NCBI GenBank assembly: GCA_973895155.1
Contig: OZ316894.1
Coordinates: forward strand, 14,523,680-14,587,679
From: Marsupella aquatica
Lineage: Eukaryota > Plantae > Marchantiophyta
DNA: 64,000 nt
Direction: 5' to 3'
Program-made: the position numbers and the translations under genes
Part shown: piece after piece, positions 13,794 to 27,294 of the stretch
Position numbering within the stretch: the first letter of the stretch is position 1
How the letters are laid out: every line of letters starts with the position of its first letter
The notes under the pieces: model-generated
Databases searched by the model: none
Told to the model about the DNA's origin: nothing
What the model saw: the letters and a program-made list of their open reading frames with translations, nothing else

Positions 13794-13930
13794 TGTTATA
13801 ACCCCTAGGATAGGTCTACCTAAGTTTAGGACACATGAGGCAGCTATACTACCAACCGCCTGAACAACAACCCAATGTACATAAAGTATTGGATGAGTAA
13901 AGTGAGTAGGATGATTTATGATGTTGAACA
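13794..13930 (+). mobile_element. Short 3' LTR of Copia-1 preceded by a polypurine tract
   Basis: AAGGGGGAG PPT immediately before TGTTATAACCCC; ends ...TTGAACA at 13930, where Copia-2 coding sequence begins. Confidence 0.7.
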
Positions 13931-14268
13931 CCATGCTAGTTCTTTAGTTGGAGTATTAGCCGACTTCTCTCCTGTACTTAAGCTTGGGAATGTGTCCTTG
14001 TAAAAATGGCAGTCCACAAATCTTGCTTTGTATACATCTGCGGTAGTGGGTTCCAAGAATCATATAATTGATGATGAGTCATATCCAATGTAAATTCCCT
14101 TTTGTCTTGGAGGTCCTAGCTTGGTCCGCTTGGGTCCCATGATCCGAATGTTTGGAGGTGTATCTGGTTTGGTGTGGTGCCAAATGCTAGTTTATGTGGG
14201 GAACTCAAATTGAAAGCCGATGGTCGATATCTCAACAATGCTGCTACATGTAGGATTGCATGGACCCA
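13931..14268 (-). pseudogene. Copia-2 (Bianca-like) integrase C-terminal fragment
   Basis: Minus strand reads WVHAILHVAALLRYRPSAF...IMGPKRTKLGPPRQKGIYIG...EPTTADVYKARF, homologous to ~10737-11095. Confidence 0.85.
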
Positions 14269-15393
14269 TGTCGCGCCCATAACCCGGGCCTTAAATCCGA
14301 GTTAGTTCCCTGGGGCAACCACAACCACCAGTAGGGGTGAGGGTTTGGGCAAGGAGGTGTGTAGTTGTCCTAATTAGCCCCAAGTCAGGCTAAGTTGATA
14401 TACTTACTGGTATAATACTTACACAACTCGCACTGATCATAGGTATATTTGTTTTCCACCGCTGGAATATTCCCACAGTTAGTGACTCGGACTAACTCCC
14501 GGCTTGGGGCTTTCAAGCCATCGATGCAACAGAACCTTGTGACATGCAATTGGTGGCAATCCCTACCATTAGTCCGCACCCGGTACGTCCCTTGAAATGG
14601 CACCTTTGCCTAGACAAGGCATACACACAACACCAGTTACTCGCGGTAGAATCAGAGGGAAAAGACTACATTTACTCAGCAAAGAATCAGTTTACATAGT
14701 TGACTCGCCTTCTAAGGGGGTCAACACGCCTAACGGCAGTCGATGCCCAGTCTCTACGAGGCCCCGCCCCGCGCTTGCCCAGTAAGCTTGACTCTGGCTC
14801 TCACTACTTAGTGCACTCTGACCCTGCTCAGGCCGGGACTCCACGTGCCTTGCCTTTTCTTGTGCTAAGATAACTAAGCCTTCTCCCCCTCCCACAGTGG
14901 AAGGGGAAGCCTAAATACTACGTTTGCGGAAAGGAGCCAAAAGATACTACCTCTCGAGGTAATGTCTACTGACTAACTACCTTCTGACTAACCGGCCGCA
15001 CTCCTTCTGACCGGTTGACCGTCAATGGCAAGGGGCGCTGACCGGGGTGGCAATAGCTAAGTCTACTGACCAAAATTCTAGTCCGTTGATGGACTCTATC
15101 CTACGTCGGCTGATCCTAACTGGTCTCATCCTAATTCTTCCTATTGCACCGCTAATCGGTGCCTAATGACAGCTATTTTGTCGTTAAGCCTAATCAAAAA
15201 AATGCTACTGGCTCAACCGCCTCGCGCAGCGCCTGCTCCCACCCTCCGCTAATCACCTGTCGTGCGCATACACATCGCTACACAACATACATCGCTTGTC
15301 ACATACATCCAAACATAGTCACACTGCCACATCACAAACACAAGAGAATGGAATACAAGTGGAACTCATGTCCACACATGTCCAAAACCCACA
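14269..15393 (-). mobile_element. Gypsy 3' LTR (about 1.1 kb)
   Basis: TGT...ACA ends. A minus-strand PPT AGGGGGGCGAT lies immediately upstream at 15394-15404, downstream of the Gypsy integrase. Confidence 0.75.
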
Positions 15394-15568
15394 ATCGCCC
15401 CCCTAGCTGGGAGTAAGGTTCCCTAACTCTAGCTAGCCATGAGTTCTACAAGGTTGATATACACCTTATTAGGTGTGAAGATCAGGAGGCCGGGTGCAAG
15501 TGAGCCCCGTCGATCACCTACCTGCAATCCATATCTGCCAAGAGAACACAAATGATAACTAGTCGGCT

Positions 15569-17262
15569 TCACCAACACTGAGGACACAACCATGATCCAC
15601 TAGGAAGCACCTGCAATGATGGTGTCAAACATGACATGTGCCATCCTCTAGAACACTTATCACAAATCAACATAGTAGATGCTCCCTGAGCAGATCCACA
15701 CAACATACATTTCAAGCTAGCACGAACATGTGCCAAGCTTGGATCTACTATACCATCAATGTTGGGAAGGTGACATGGTGCACAGTTGTGCACATGATCC
15801 TTCCAAACCATACCATTGCGTCCCTCCAACATCAGGACACCAAAAGGCAACACTTCACGCACACGTAAGATTGTCCGGCCTACGGTCACATCAAGTGTTG
15901 TGGGTGTTGTCTGCTACAAATAAACATAATCACTAGGATGAAATTGTCGAATGCTTGCACGGTAACCTCCTCCACGAATAGTGGCATACCTCAAAGTATC
16001 ACGATGTTGGGCAATGGCAAGGTTGTCAAAAGCCATGGGCATCACTCTCTGAAATACCCGTGCTCTCTCTGAACACACCTTGACCCAAACATCAGGATCA
16101 TCCAAGTTCACAACTGGTGCAGCATCACGACAAATAGCTGCTGGCAAATCTGGCTCTCTACCATAGAGCAAAAAGTAAGGTGAGAAGGATGCAAGTGATG
16201 CTTGCCGACTTAAACGGTAGCCCATAGCTAACCAAGGTAGCTGGAGATCCCAATCTCTCAGATGACCAACCTGCAAGCCATACTTACGCAATCCTCTCTT
16301 CACAGTTTGCACAACTCTCTCAGCTAATCCATCTGCCTCAGGATGATCATGAGAGGTAGTACGATGATCAATCAGAGCTTGTTCACACAAACTCTCAAAC
16401 TCTCCATGGAGCTTAGTTCCCTGATCAGTCAACACCTCAGCTGGTGCTTCAAAATGACTGAGTACACGATCCAAAAATGTAGCAGCAACTCCTCCACTGG
16501 CTTTATCTAGCAACGCCACTTAGTCTAGCTCAATCCACTTAGAGAAGTGCTCCACCATGACCAAAACATACCGATTATGACGTTGGGTAAGAGGTAATGG
16601 ACCAGCAAAATCCAAACTCCAATGATATCCCAAACCCATGATTGGCAACGGGTGCAACTAGGGAGTGGGAGCATTAAATGATGCTCTCACTCTGTCACAT
16701 ACCACACACTTAGCTATCAACTGCTAGACATGAGTGTGCATACCATGCCACCAATACTGTGTCTGCAATAAGCTATAAGTGCGCTTCACACCAAAGTGAC
16801 CCAACTCCTCGTGTGCATGTCGCACCAAATGTACTCGTTGTGATGGTTTTGGTACCACTAACACCCTACCATCATGCAGTACTCTCAAAAGATGGTTTCC
16901 CTCCCATCGAAACCTCTTGGCTCTCTGTAGAACCCTGTCACGTTCTTTGGCATCGACACTGCCAACAATAGAACCACTGCGCAGATATTTCAACACTCTC
17001 ACATCATTGTAAATATCTTGTTGTCCAGAAGTTACCTCACCAACATCCACATCTGAAGACTCATCATCCACTCCATCCAATGAGGTAGAGTCCACAGATC
17101 CACTGTATGTTGGCACCCAACAAAGAAAGGCAGATGCATGCCATCTTGGCACCATCTCCTTATCTGACTCATCATGCCATCTGACTCCAGTCTCATCTGG
17201 CTGACTGGTACATGGATTGCGGCTTAATCCATCTGCATCCAAGTTCACTTTCCCAGGCCTAT
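15569..17262 (-). pseudogene. Gypsy pol 3' part: RNase H end, integrase, C-terminal PHD finger
   Basis: RPGKVNLDADGLSR, HEELGHFG, VLTDQG, HPEADGLAERVVQTVK, FSPYFLLYGREP; PHD CMLC..MLICDKCSRGWHMSCL..PSGSWLCPQC. Confidence 0.9.
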
Positions 17263-20200
17263 CACTAGTACATTTTTGGCACTTTTTCGATACTCAAAAC
17301 ACGCGTTTCTCAACACGCCCGATACTAAACACAACAGAAAACGTCTGATACTCCCAGCTACGGAACTTCTGATACTACTAACATCAAAAATTATTATCCG
17401 ATATGTTTTGTATCAAAAACTTTATCCAATACCCCGCATATCGGACAATGTCCAAAACATCCTGTATCGCAAATTGAGAGCCGACATGTTTTTCAGACGT
17501 CCGATGATAATAGTATCGAAAGCTAATTCCGATAGGTTTGGTTTTGGACATTTACCAATACAAGTATTATCGGACATATTTTTGCGATACTAGTTACAAC
17601 GGAAATCATTTGCGAAGGCTGAGTTATCGGTTACTATCCGTTGAAATTGCTATCAGACCCCTCCTCGACTGCGGGCTTAAGCGTCCGATTTGTGGAGTAT
17701 TGGATAGTGGCTTCCGATTGTTATAGTATCGGAAAATCCGATACTTTGAGGATGGGCTCAGGGGTCTCACTATATGGGGACCTCCCCATCGTCTGCGACG
17801 TTTTTAGGCCTTGGACCCCCTAAAATGTAAGAAAAAAAATTTATTTTTTAACCCCTATAAAGTTGGAATATTCTTGGAATATTCTAAATTTTGGATTAAA
17901 AAGACCCTAATGTTCTTTTAAGTCTCAAAATTGGATTTAAAAGACCCTATTGTTCTTCTACAAAAATTCTTAAGTCTTCCCTTAGAACCAATAAAATGAC
18001 CCTATCCTTCGTCGCACGTGATATGCCATTTTTGTGGAAGTGAAACCCCCGAGAGGATGGGAAGGGGTTTTTTGCTTTGGCAGTACTGATGTGTGTCCGA
18101 TATGTTTCCGATGTTATTTGAATGGGATATGGTATGGGACTTTAGTGTTTTACAATGTCTAGGTTGCATGGAATTAATGGATTCAGATATGGGGCATACT
18201 TTAAGCAATAGATATGTATACTGCATGAAATTGTGGACAATGAGAAAAATTGTAGAATGCCGATAAAAAGATAGTGCTGGTAAAAATATACATGAAGATG
18301 GTGGGGTCTACAATTTATACTAACTCGTGGGGGGTATGTCTCTATCTTCCACTACAACTACATTGGGTCTCTCTTGGACTATGGACCGTGATCTGGGAAT
18401 ATACGACATGACAATGGACCACTTGGGGTCATTGGGATAGGGTAGGTAAAAGCATTGCTCAAGGTGATGTGGGAAGGCAAAGGGATCTGAGGACCTCCAA
18501 TTGGAACTGATGACACTATTTGCGGATGTCTTCAAACGAGTAAAACCGCATGCATCATCTTCACAAGTACGATTGTGGCCTACAAGATTCATCTTGAACC
18601 ATTTGCACTTGAATACCACTTCCTCCAAAGTAGTATGTGCATGGTACTTCACTGTTAGGATCTCCTCAATCTTCCCATAATGGGCCACGATGGAGCGAAT
18701 GGGATTCATGTCTGACATGCTACTCTGGGAATCTTGGGTGAACCAACCCATCACCCCACAATCCTGTGTAGCTGCCCTCTTCTCATCAAGTTGTTCCACA
18801 CGAAAATGTCTCCCCTTTGACCACATGGCAGTCCGAGTCATGACTATAAGTAGTGGACCATGAACCAAGGTACAAAGTTTATCTGTCACGTTTGGGTAGT
18901 GTAATACACTCTCCCCGGTACCCACCAGGGCATCCACTTCTAACAACTTCTCCTTCGTGTATGGGTGAAACTTGGGAAATAACCGTGGGCGTCGACTGTT
19001 TTGCTTCTCCTCCTCATAAAATGTTGTCCACTCCCCGACAACCTCGGGTGATTTATACAACATAAATGTTGTGAGCTATAAACGCTCTGCTAAGCCTATG
19101 AGACGCTCTCCAGATGCCCCAGTGAGTCTATCATCCTCGTAGTCAGCCTCTCGTGCCGCCTCATCTATCCATCCCCTAGGAGCACTAGGATCTAGTGTGG
19201 CAACTATGTTTGTACATTAAAACATACTCTCTGCTCCAAGATGACGCTCCGCAATGCTACCTTCCACCCTAGTGCGATTAAAGACATATGACTTCATCAC
19301 CCCCATATAACGCTCTACCCAATACATCCATTGACAATGTACTGGGCCTGCAATTGCAACCTCGCGCACTAAATGTATGAGGAAATGAACCTGACCATCA
19401 AAGAATGAGGGAGGGAGTGCCTTCTCCAACTTGCAGACAACCTCTACTCCAAATATCTCCATAGCAACAATGTCATCCTCCTGTACCTCCTTTTGACATA
19501 CCCATCTTAAGAGCTTACCCAATGACCAAAGGGCATCACGAAGTTCCTCACTACCCAATCCAATAATAGCAATTGGAAGAACATGTTCAAGCAACCGATG
19601 ATAATCATGTGTCTTCAAGAAAGATGGCCATTTTGGAGAATCCTCCCCCCCAAATGCCTTCCGAAGATTGGTACCATAACCTATGGGAAACCTCATCAAC
19701 CCAATACGTCTGCGAAACTCAATGCGCTCTACCCTTGTCAAAACCCAAGGATGGATGCTAGGGGGAGCACCAGGGGGTCCAAAGATGGCCAAAAACCCAA
19801 AAGACCATGCATCCCCATCTCCTCACAACTTTCTCTCCAATTGTTATTTTTCTCCCCATATAGATGGCGAATCAATGATTTCCCCACATTCCCCTCAATG
19901 TGCATAGGGTCTAACAAGTGATTAATGGGCATATCTGACCAATATGGCAATTGTGACAATGCAGACAAACGGGTCATGCCACATCTGAATAATGGTAATG
20001 GATCACTCGGATCCTAAACTCTCCCCCATACCTCTCTCCAATATGCTGGATCCTTCCGCTGAGGTTGAGGACGAATATCAGGTTGGCCCTCATCAGTATC
20101 ATAAAGGAATGGATCACTCCTCCAAGGATGGTCTGGTGGAAGATATTTAGTATGACCAATGTAAACAATTTTTTGCAGAGTATATACTTGACTTGGGCCT

Positions 20201-21917
20201 GGCCACCCCCTCCAAATCGGGTCCACGTGTAGAGCAAGCTCGATAGCCTGATGTTTGCAATCCATAAACATATCCAAACCCTGCCCAGTGCATAGAAAAC
20301 ACATTCATAAAATAAGGTTCATCAAGGCAAAAATCTGCATAATTGCAATTAAATACAAGGTTTAGGTACTAGAGGAAATAAGGGTTTACCATACCTGGTA
20401 AATCATGCATGGTCCACATAAGGATGGCCTTTAGAGTAAATATGCGGGATAAACCTCGTGTGTTGTGACGTCCATCATAACAATCCACTCCTCTCCACAG
20501 TTGTATCAACTCATCAATCAATGGCTGCAAGTACACATCAATCTTTTTAACTTGCTTAGGACCCGGAATAATCATGGAGAGTAGTAGGTGACCTTTCTTC
20601 ATGGCCATCCAAGGAGGGATGTTGTAGTTTGTCAACACTATTGGCCACACCGAATATGGTTTGGCTTTTCCTGTCAATGCAAAAGGGCTGATACCGTCTG
20701 CTGCCAAGCCTAGTCGAACATGTCGTGGGTCAATTTTGAACTCTCCCCATCTATCCTCTACAAATTGATTGGCAGGAGAGTCAACCATCATCCGCATGGC
20801 ACTAGAGGGTACAGCCATATCAGAACAATTTTGTGAGTGCCATACCATCATCTCAGCCAACTATGCACATCGGAATTGATGTCGCAATCGAGAGATAAGA
20901 GGAAAGTACCTCATAACCTTTTGCGGTACCTTCCCCGTCAACATGTCATCACGGTACCGTGGCTTCTGACATTTAGGACATGTAGTGGCATTTTCATGCT
21001 CACCCCTAAAAAGAATGCAATCATCCACACATGCATGTATCACCTCATACTTCAGGCCAATGGACCTCAACACATGTTTAGCCTCTTTCCAAGAGGCTGG
21101 CAATGCGTTGCCTACTGGCAAAATACGATCATGCAAGGTACGGAAAACATCATCCAAAAGTAGATTGCTTGCCCCATGTCTTTGCTGCAAGTTGAGCAAC
21201 AACATTATTGATGAGAGCCGAGATAACCTACTCCCCTCGAATATGCGAGTACGGGCATGACGTTGCGCCTCCTCCCATTGCTTGTCTTGGGACCCCCTAG
21301 AAGGATGTGGATGACTAGTCCTTTCATGGGTTGAACCATTGTCCTCCAAACCAATGTCATTGTGATCATCATAGAATTGGTCCATGAGCTCATCCATGGC
21401 CCTCTCCTCATCAAGATGGTCTTGGATAGGATCATCACCATCATGTTGTACCCCATCCTCTTGCCTTTGCGGTTCATGCCCACGGTTGGCCACCATGGCC
21501 TCAACAAGGTGTTGTCGCTAGCTCGTGATATTACCCCAATATCAGGCGTTACATATTGATTCTATCATACAACATCAATTAATTAATCTCATCAACACAT
21601 GCACTGCTGAACAAAATCATTCTCATGTAAACATGTAAAATACTGACATATATATATATACATGTATGTAAGTCCAAGAAACTATCATGGACGACAATGC
21701 AAGGACAATTTTGGTGCATCCCACTCATACTCACACAATAACTCCTCACCAGCTCTAATGGTCCTAACAGCTACTGTCATGATATGGTCATCCATATGTT
21801 TCACAAAATATGGATGTCTAGGTGGACCAAACATTTGAATCCACTCTACATTAGCCTCCAAACCTCCATCTCTACCTGTGGTACTATTGATGTACCCTGC
21901 TAAATTACCGTTCCGAA
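17263..21917. mobile_element. CACTA element 2 (same family as element 1), truncated by Mutator-like copy A
   Basis: CACTAGTACATTTT terminus at 17263 interrupts Gypsy pol; TCCGAT/ATCGGA subterminal motifs run to ~17745. Confidence 0.9.
18320..21561 (-). pseudogene. CACTA TnpD-like transposase (DUF4216/DUF4218/Transposase_21), decayed
   Basis: IHACVDDCILF, RHVRLGLAADG, LMWTMHDLP, LDPMHIEGNV, PPSFFDGQVH, WMYWVERYM, VFKCKWF; clear paralogue of 1-2108. Confidence 0.9.
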
Positions 21918-21927
21918 GGGCATCACC
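21685..21927 (-). pseudogene. 3' remnant of the SET-domain exon in CACTA-2
   Basis: GDALRNGNLAGYINSTTGR...NVEW...DDHIMTVAVRTIRAGEELLCEYEW, homologous to the 3' part of 2218-3180. Confidence 0.82.
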
Positions 21928-22597
21928 ACCGAGATAGGAAACAGGAAAACAGGATTCCTGTTAACAGGAAAACAGGAACTGTTATCAGTAAAGATATGAA
22001 GTTTTTGGCCCATTTTTGATGGAAAGGTAAGACTTGATCGGGTTCCTTGCAACAACAAAATTCACATGCTGTCTCTGTAACTGAATTACTTGTCCACCAT
22101 ATATGCGTAAACCATAGAGTGGGTCCCCCCATACATAGGCTACTGAGGCGAGGCACACTCCAAAAATACCAATCTTAAAAATATCATCGGAATCGGTAAG
22201 GTACTATGTAATAGCGCTAGGCGCTAACAAAAAAACCAAGGGGTTTGAGATGAGACCAAATGGATTGAACGGTGTTCATAAATAAATAATTAAGTACACT
22301 TCAATGAAGTGTGACCTGGAAGGGGAAGATTTATATCCCACGAGAAGAACTCAAATATAGGAAAGTTCACAAACGGAGATTCCGATCGCAAAGATAAGTA
22401 CTGGAAAGCATTCGGACCATAATCAAACAAGATTCACTCAGAAAGGGACAAATTGAAGCTAGCGCCCGACGCTAGCCATATGTTATAACAAAATGTGTAA
22501 AGAAAATGAGTATCTGATTAGGTATCATTGAAAAGATGTGAAACGTTCCAATGCGACAAATCAGTTTGGAGCCGTTGAATGTTACTAAATGTCTAGT

Positions 22598-25500
22598 CTA
22601 TAAGTCCAGAGAATTCTGCCTAGCTAGAATGAGCCTCACCTCACCTACAGTCAGAATTGGCTGACTAGCCAAAGTTGAATCCACCACATCTAGTTTTAGG
22701 ACGTTGGTATACACCCAATAGAGATGCTTGCACGACATGAAGGGCCTACCATGAGAATGGCGATGATAGAAGTCCTCACAAGAACAACATGGGAAAATGC
22801 AAATATGTACCCAATAAGTGTTTGCCGTGCGAAGTCTCTCTTGGGTTTGGATCTGAAATTGTTTGCCCCAAGAGTTCCCGATAGAAACATCAAATTGTTG
22901 AACGAGGGTCATCGACTCCTTGTTTGCAGATTCAATTCTTTTGTTGTGCCCTTGCAAAAGATTTGAACGTGGGATTGTATTTTTACCATTCCTGCTCCAA
23001 AGGCGGATATTTGGCTCAAGGAGATTGATTTTCTCCGGGAAAAGGTTCACATTGATTCGCAAGTCAAAAGGAGATGGAGCAGCCTGACGTCCAGCCTCTG
23101 GATTGACAGCAATCCCTTGCTGAGTCAGGAATTGGACCTTAGCCTTAGAAAGATTAGTTCCTTTCAAAACGGGCAGGCTATGAGGAAATGGGGGAAGATT
23201 CACCACATTACGACGGGGCCGGCTCTTATAGCATGCACTATTGGGACAAAACCAAATCATCTCAGGGTGTGGTTCTCCCCTGAACACGCGATATCCTTTG
23301 ACAACAATGCCAACTACACCATCCATTGACGGGTAACCAACCTTTTTAAGACGATTGCGACAGTCATCTCGATCCAATTTTCCACCAAGAGATCCATTAC
23401 GCTGAGGCCCTGCACCATGTCTCGTCACTCTTCGTAGGTGCCACGCCCCTGGTCGCACATCTGTCTCCAACACAGCTGAGTCATGGACAACCTTTTGGAG
23501 GTTGGGAGGTGCAGACCTTTTTGGAGGTTGGGAGGTTGGGAGGCTGCAGACGACCTTGTTGACCTCCTCCAAGGCGGAGTACTCCAATGTCTGCCTTCTT
23601 CAATTTCACTTTCTGACAGGTCCACAACGCCAATGTCATGGTGAATAGGACCCGATGCAACGGGGGAGAATTCAGTCTTGTTTAAGTTTTTCCTTTTCAT
23701 GCCTCGAGTATTTGGTGATGTTACAAGAATAGTGTCATGCCAATGGGAGTCTTGTGCCGAGATGTTCCCAGAGGCTTGACCTTTCCTCTTCATAGACTTT
23801 GTGGTAACATCCCCATTGAGAGGGCCACTCCTTTCCAGGTCGAATTCAGCCGCACCGGAAAGAAGCATATTGGAAGCATCTTGGAAAAGTTTTGAAGAAC
23901 CTGCCTGGTCTGCCGAACGGAATGCCAATTCCCAAATTGTAGGTCCGGTTCCTCGATTAAGACCTCTCTTATACGCCGTATACACAACAACTTGTGAAAG
24001 AGCCCTATTTTGATCCATCTCACATGCTTCAAATAGACCAGCCTTTTTCTTAGTTTGCCAAGCCTTCATTATGGAATGTGCCGCCTCTGAAGTAGTACAG
24101 TTAGGAATCATAGCGCTTTCCTCTACGCTTTTGTTCTGCATAAAACATTTGGAGCACAGTTTAGGAAATATGGCTTAGTCACTGCATTCAATAAAGAAAC
24201 ATTTGAACCAAATCATTTGGTTAGATTTACGGGTTTAATCAATGCCAGCGCCTGGCGCTACCACCATTCACACTAGAATATGGACAAATACGAGTAACAA
24301 GTGGTTCATAAAACTAGCGCCGGGCGCTAGTATCAAAACTCAGGCAAATATTGGAGTGGAACTAGGACACGGAAGTCACTGGAAATAATGATAGCGCCAA
24401 GCGCTAGTATGACTTTGTTTGATTCCTTCTTTTAAAATGGTGATTCGTGTGTTTACTTGTTTATGGATGTTGAAACTCACCAAACAAATGAAATTTCCCC
24501 ATTGACGCCATCGGACCACCCACCACGCAAGCCAACCTTGGAGCATCCGAAGCTTTCCTGGAACACAATTCCCTGATCTCCACCACATGTCGATTTCCCT
24601 GGAAATTATGTAGACTCCAAGAAATGTTGACGCGTTCCTTAAAGAGTCCCACATCTTCCGGTGCTCTTCTCGTTTTTCTTCCAATACTCCTTTAATTGAA
24701 TGACGATGAAACGATTGATAGAAGTGAAACGCATCCGATCGCTCCTTTTCCGGGTTAGGATGTCCACCAAAAAACATGTTCCGAACAACATTCCATCCAG
24801 CTTGAGCATTGTCAGCCATGAATCCATGGATTACTACGTTGTCTAACCCATTTTCATGGCAAACCTCAATCATCGATTTCCAGGCTTTTTCTAACGACTC
24901 AGAATCTTCAGCTTTCAACTCACATGTGAAGATTGTGCAAAGAGCACGGTAATTGTGATCATAAACGTGAGTGCTAAAAGTTATCCAATCCTTGGTCATT
25001 CTCCTCATCACATCAAAACTAACCCACGCGCCTTCTAGTCAACCTCTAGGTTGCATTTGGCGCAACAAATCAACTCCAAATCCGTGCCCTTTTACTGTCA
25101 TTTTGAAAATATGCGGTCGCTCCTCCTTACAGCCTTGACCTGGCAGCATGTAACGTTGTAGAAATGGAAAGTTTATGCATTTCTGCATTTCCACAAGAAA
25201 CTCTAACTCACCTTTACCTTTTTGGTCTTGCCGAACACTCCAAAAAAGAGATGCAAACTTTTGAGGGGTCGAAACAACCATTAACGACTCCCAAATTTCT
25301 CTTTCCTCCGATTCTCTGATGTCATTGTTGGACACACAGAGAGCCTTCCTTAAAGATCCAGTTATGGCATTCTTCATACCTGATGGTGTGGCAGACGATG
25401 TAGCTTCATGTTGCTTCTTTATGAACTCATGAGCAATATTTTCCGCACCTCGAGAAAAAACTTTACGACTGGGATGCGCATGATTTCCGACATGCACAGC

Positions 25501-26399
25501 AAGACGCGACATATGTTTACATGTATCCGCATCGAGAAGTAATTGCGGGTACATATAAAAAGCATAATTGCTGAACAAGCTTCAGTACAAAAGGGCAATT
25601 GTTGGTAGTAGTGAAAAACTACTCCACCCTCCTCAATAATCTTTCCCACGGTATGTGGCCCCGCAAGTTTGGGTGTCCCATCCCAAGCTTTTGAATTTCT
25701 TCTTCTCTTCCGTAGCAGATAATCACATTTCTGATTTCGACATTCGAGTGCACCGGTACACGTCACTTTACCAAATTCCCAAAACTTTTTAGGTTGGACA
25801 TTCGTAGAAGTTGGAAATATCCGTGTCCAGAAGTAGCAGTCTTTAGGCCTGTCCATGTCACGGAGCCTCGAACCTTTTGATAGCAGACCTTCTGCGGGAG
25901 GCAATTCAAACACAACATTTCCATTGTATTTACTCGGTAGACAATTCACCTGCTCATGAAATCACTTGTTTGGATGAACCGCGACAGTTCACTATGGCCA
26001 GTTGATTTGAGAATGGCATCCATTGCGCTTCGATAGAAGGCCCTGGATTAGCCGATGTTTGCAAATCTACGGCTACCTCCTCCTCTTCACTCTCGGAAAG
26101 GTCAATGAATGGAACCGGATGTCTTTCATTCAGAACGGAATGTTGTCGGAGATTGATATGTATCTCTTTCCAGCGTTGAGGTGCCAAAATCTGACTCCAT
26201 CATCGATATCAAATAGTGTGTCATCTGTCTCCTCGCCAGATGCATGGTCTGGTTTGATGGAATGGATGTCATTGATGGCAACGTCAAATCTTCCACAAAG
26301 ATAGTTCTCACTAACCTGTTTGTACATGTCGGATGAACCTAAAGGGATGCTTACAATCTCCCCAGTATCAGGACGAAGAAGCACGACTGAATTAGACAT
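22598..26399 (-). pseudogene. GCM-like + MULE DDE + SWIM transposase (copy A); intron 24480-24136
   Basis: KVTCTGALECRNQKC...VHVGNHAHP (GCM/WRKY-like Zn module), WVSFDV, GFMADNAQAGWNVVRNMF..AFHFYQS, PNCTTSEAAHS, SWIM CSCEDF..CKHLYWV. Frameshifts present. Confidence 0.8.
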
Positions 26400-27294
26400 T
26401 GCGGGAGAATGATATTAATTTGATAAACAAAGGAACGGAGGAAATAGGAGAACATTACTCGACTTAAGTTAAGTAAACTCATTCTGAACCTCAGAAGATT
26501 ATTGTTTGTAAATGACAAAATGGGTACTAGTCGTTAGGTGCAGACACATAAATGTAGTTTGTCGTTTTGCCAACGACACTACTTACCGGTAACGTGCAAA
26601 AAATGCGATCAGATAATTATTAGCGCCCGACGCTACCATAAAGAAGTACCCGGGTTTCAACTTAGAAACCAGACTGAACATGCTAGCACCAGGCGCTATC
26701 ATTGGGGGACTGTCAAGTCAAAGAGAAATATTTTATTGATTTTGATGGAATTGCTGAAAAAATCAATAAACGTTTCATTTTGTTTTGGAATCGGTACTTC
26801 TTAGGAAAATACAAGGGGTATACATAGCTAGCGCCCAGCGCTGACATAATCTCCTCCCTGTCATCGTCATGTATGAGAGTATTTTTAGTGGTTTTTGATA
26901 CTAGCGTCGGGCGCTAGTATCGATGGAGATGACTTTGGTTTGCGCAACGGTTATATCTAACGGTAACATGTATGAACAAATTCCTTACTTTGTGTTGTTT
27001 TCTGTTAGATTGTTTAACAATACGTTCCCGTTCATTGCTGCATCCACAAATGACTTGAAAGTATACGTTAATTCTACTCATTTCAAACAGTCTCTGGCAC
27101 CTGTCTTTGTTTGGATTGGTCAGTGAGATTCTTTCAATCCTTCTTGTTCTACGTCACATGATGTCAACAGCACTATGATGGAAAAGTTTTAAAGGTTTTT
27201 TGTTGTTCTTTGTGTACGGTAATTTGTTTGGAGCGTGAGGGTAGAGACTGGCTCTGTGTCGTACAGAGACCTTCATGTATTGACATGCTCCACA

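Noticed and set aside
8302-17263. CACTA termini at 8302 and 17263 as two ends of one element
   Set aside because: They face away from each other; each belongs to a separate copy.
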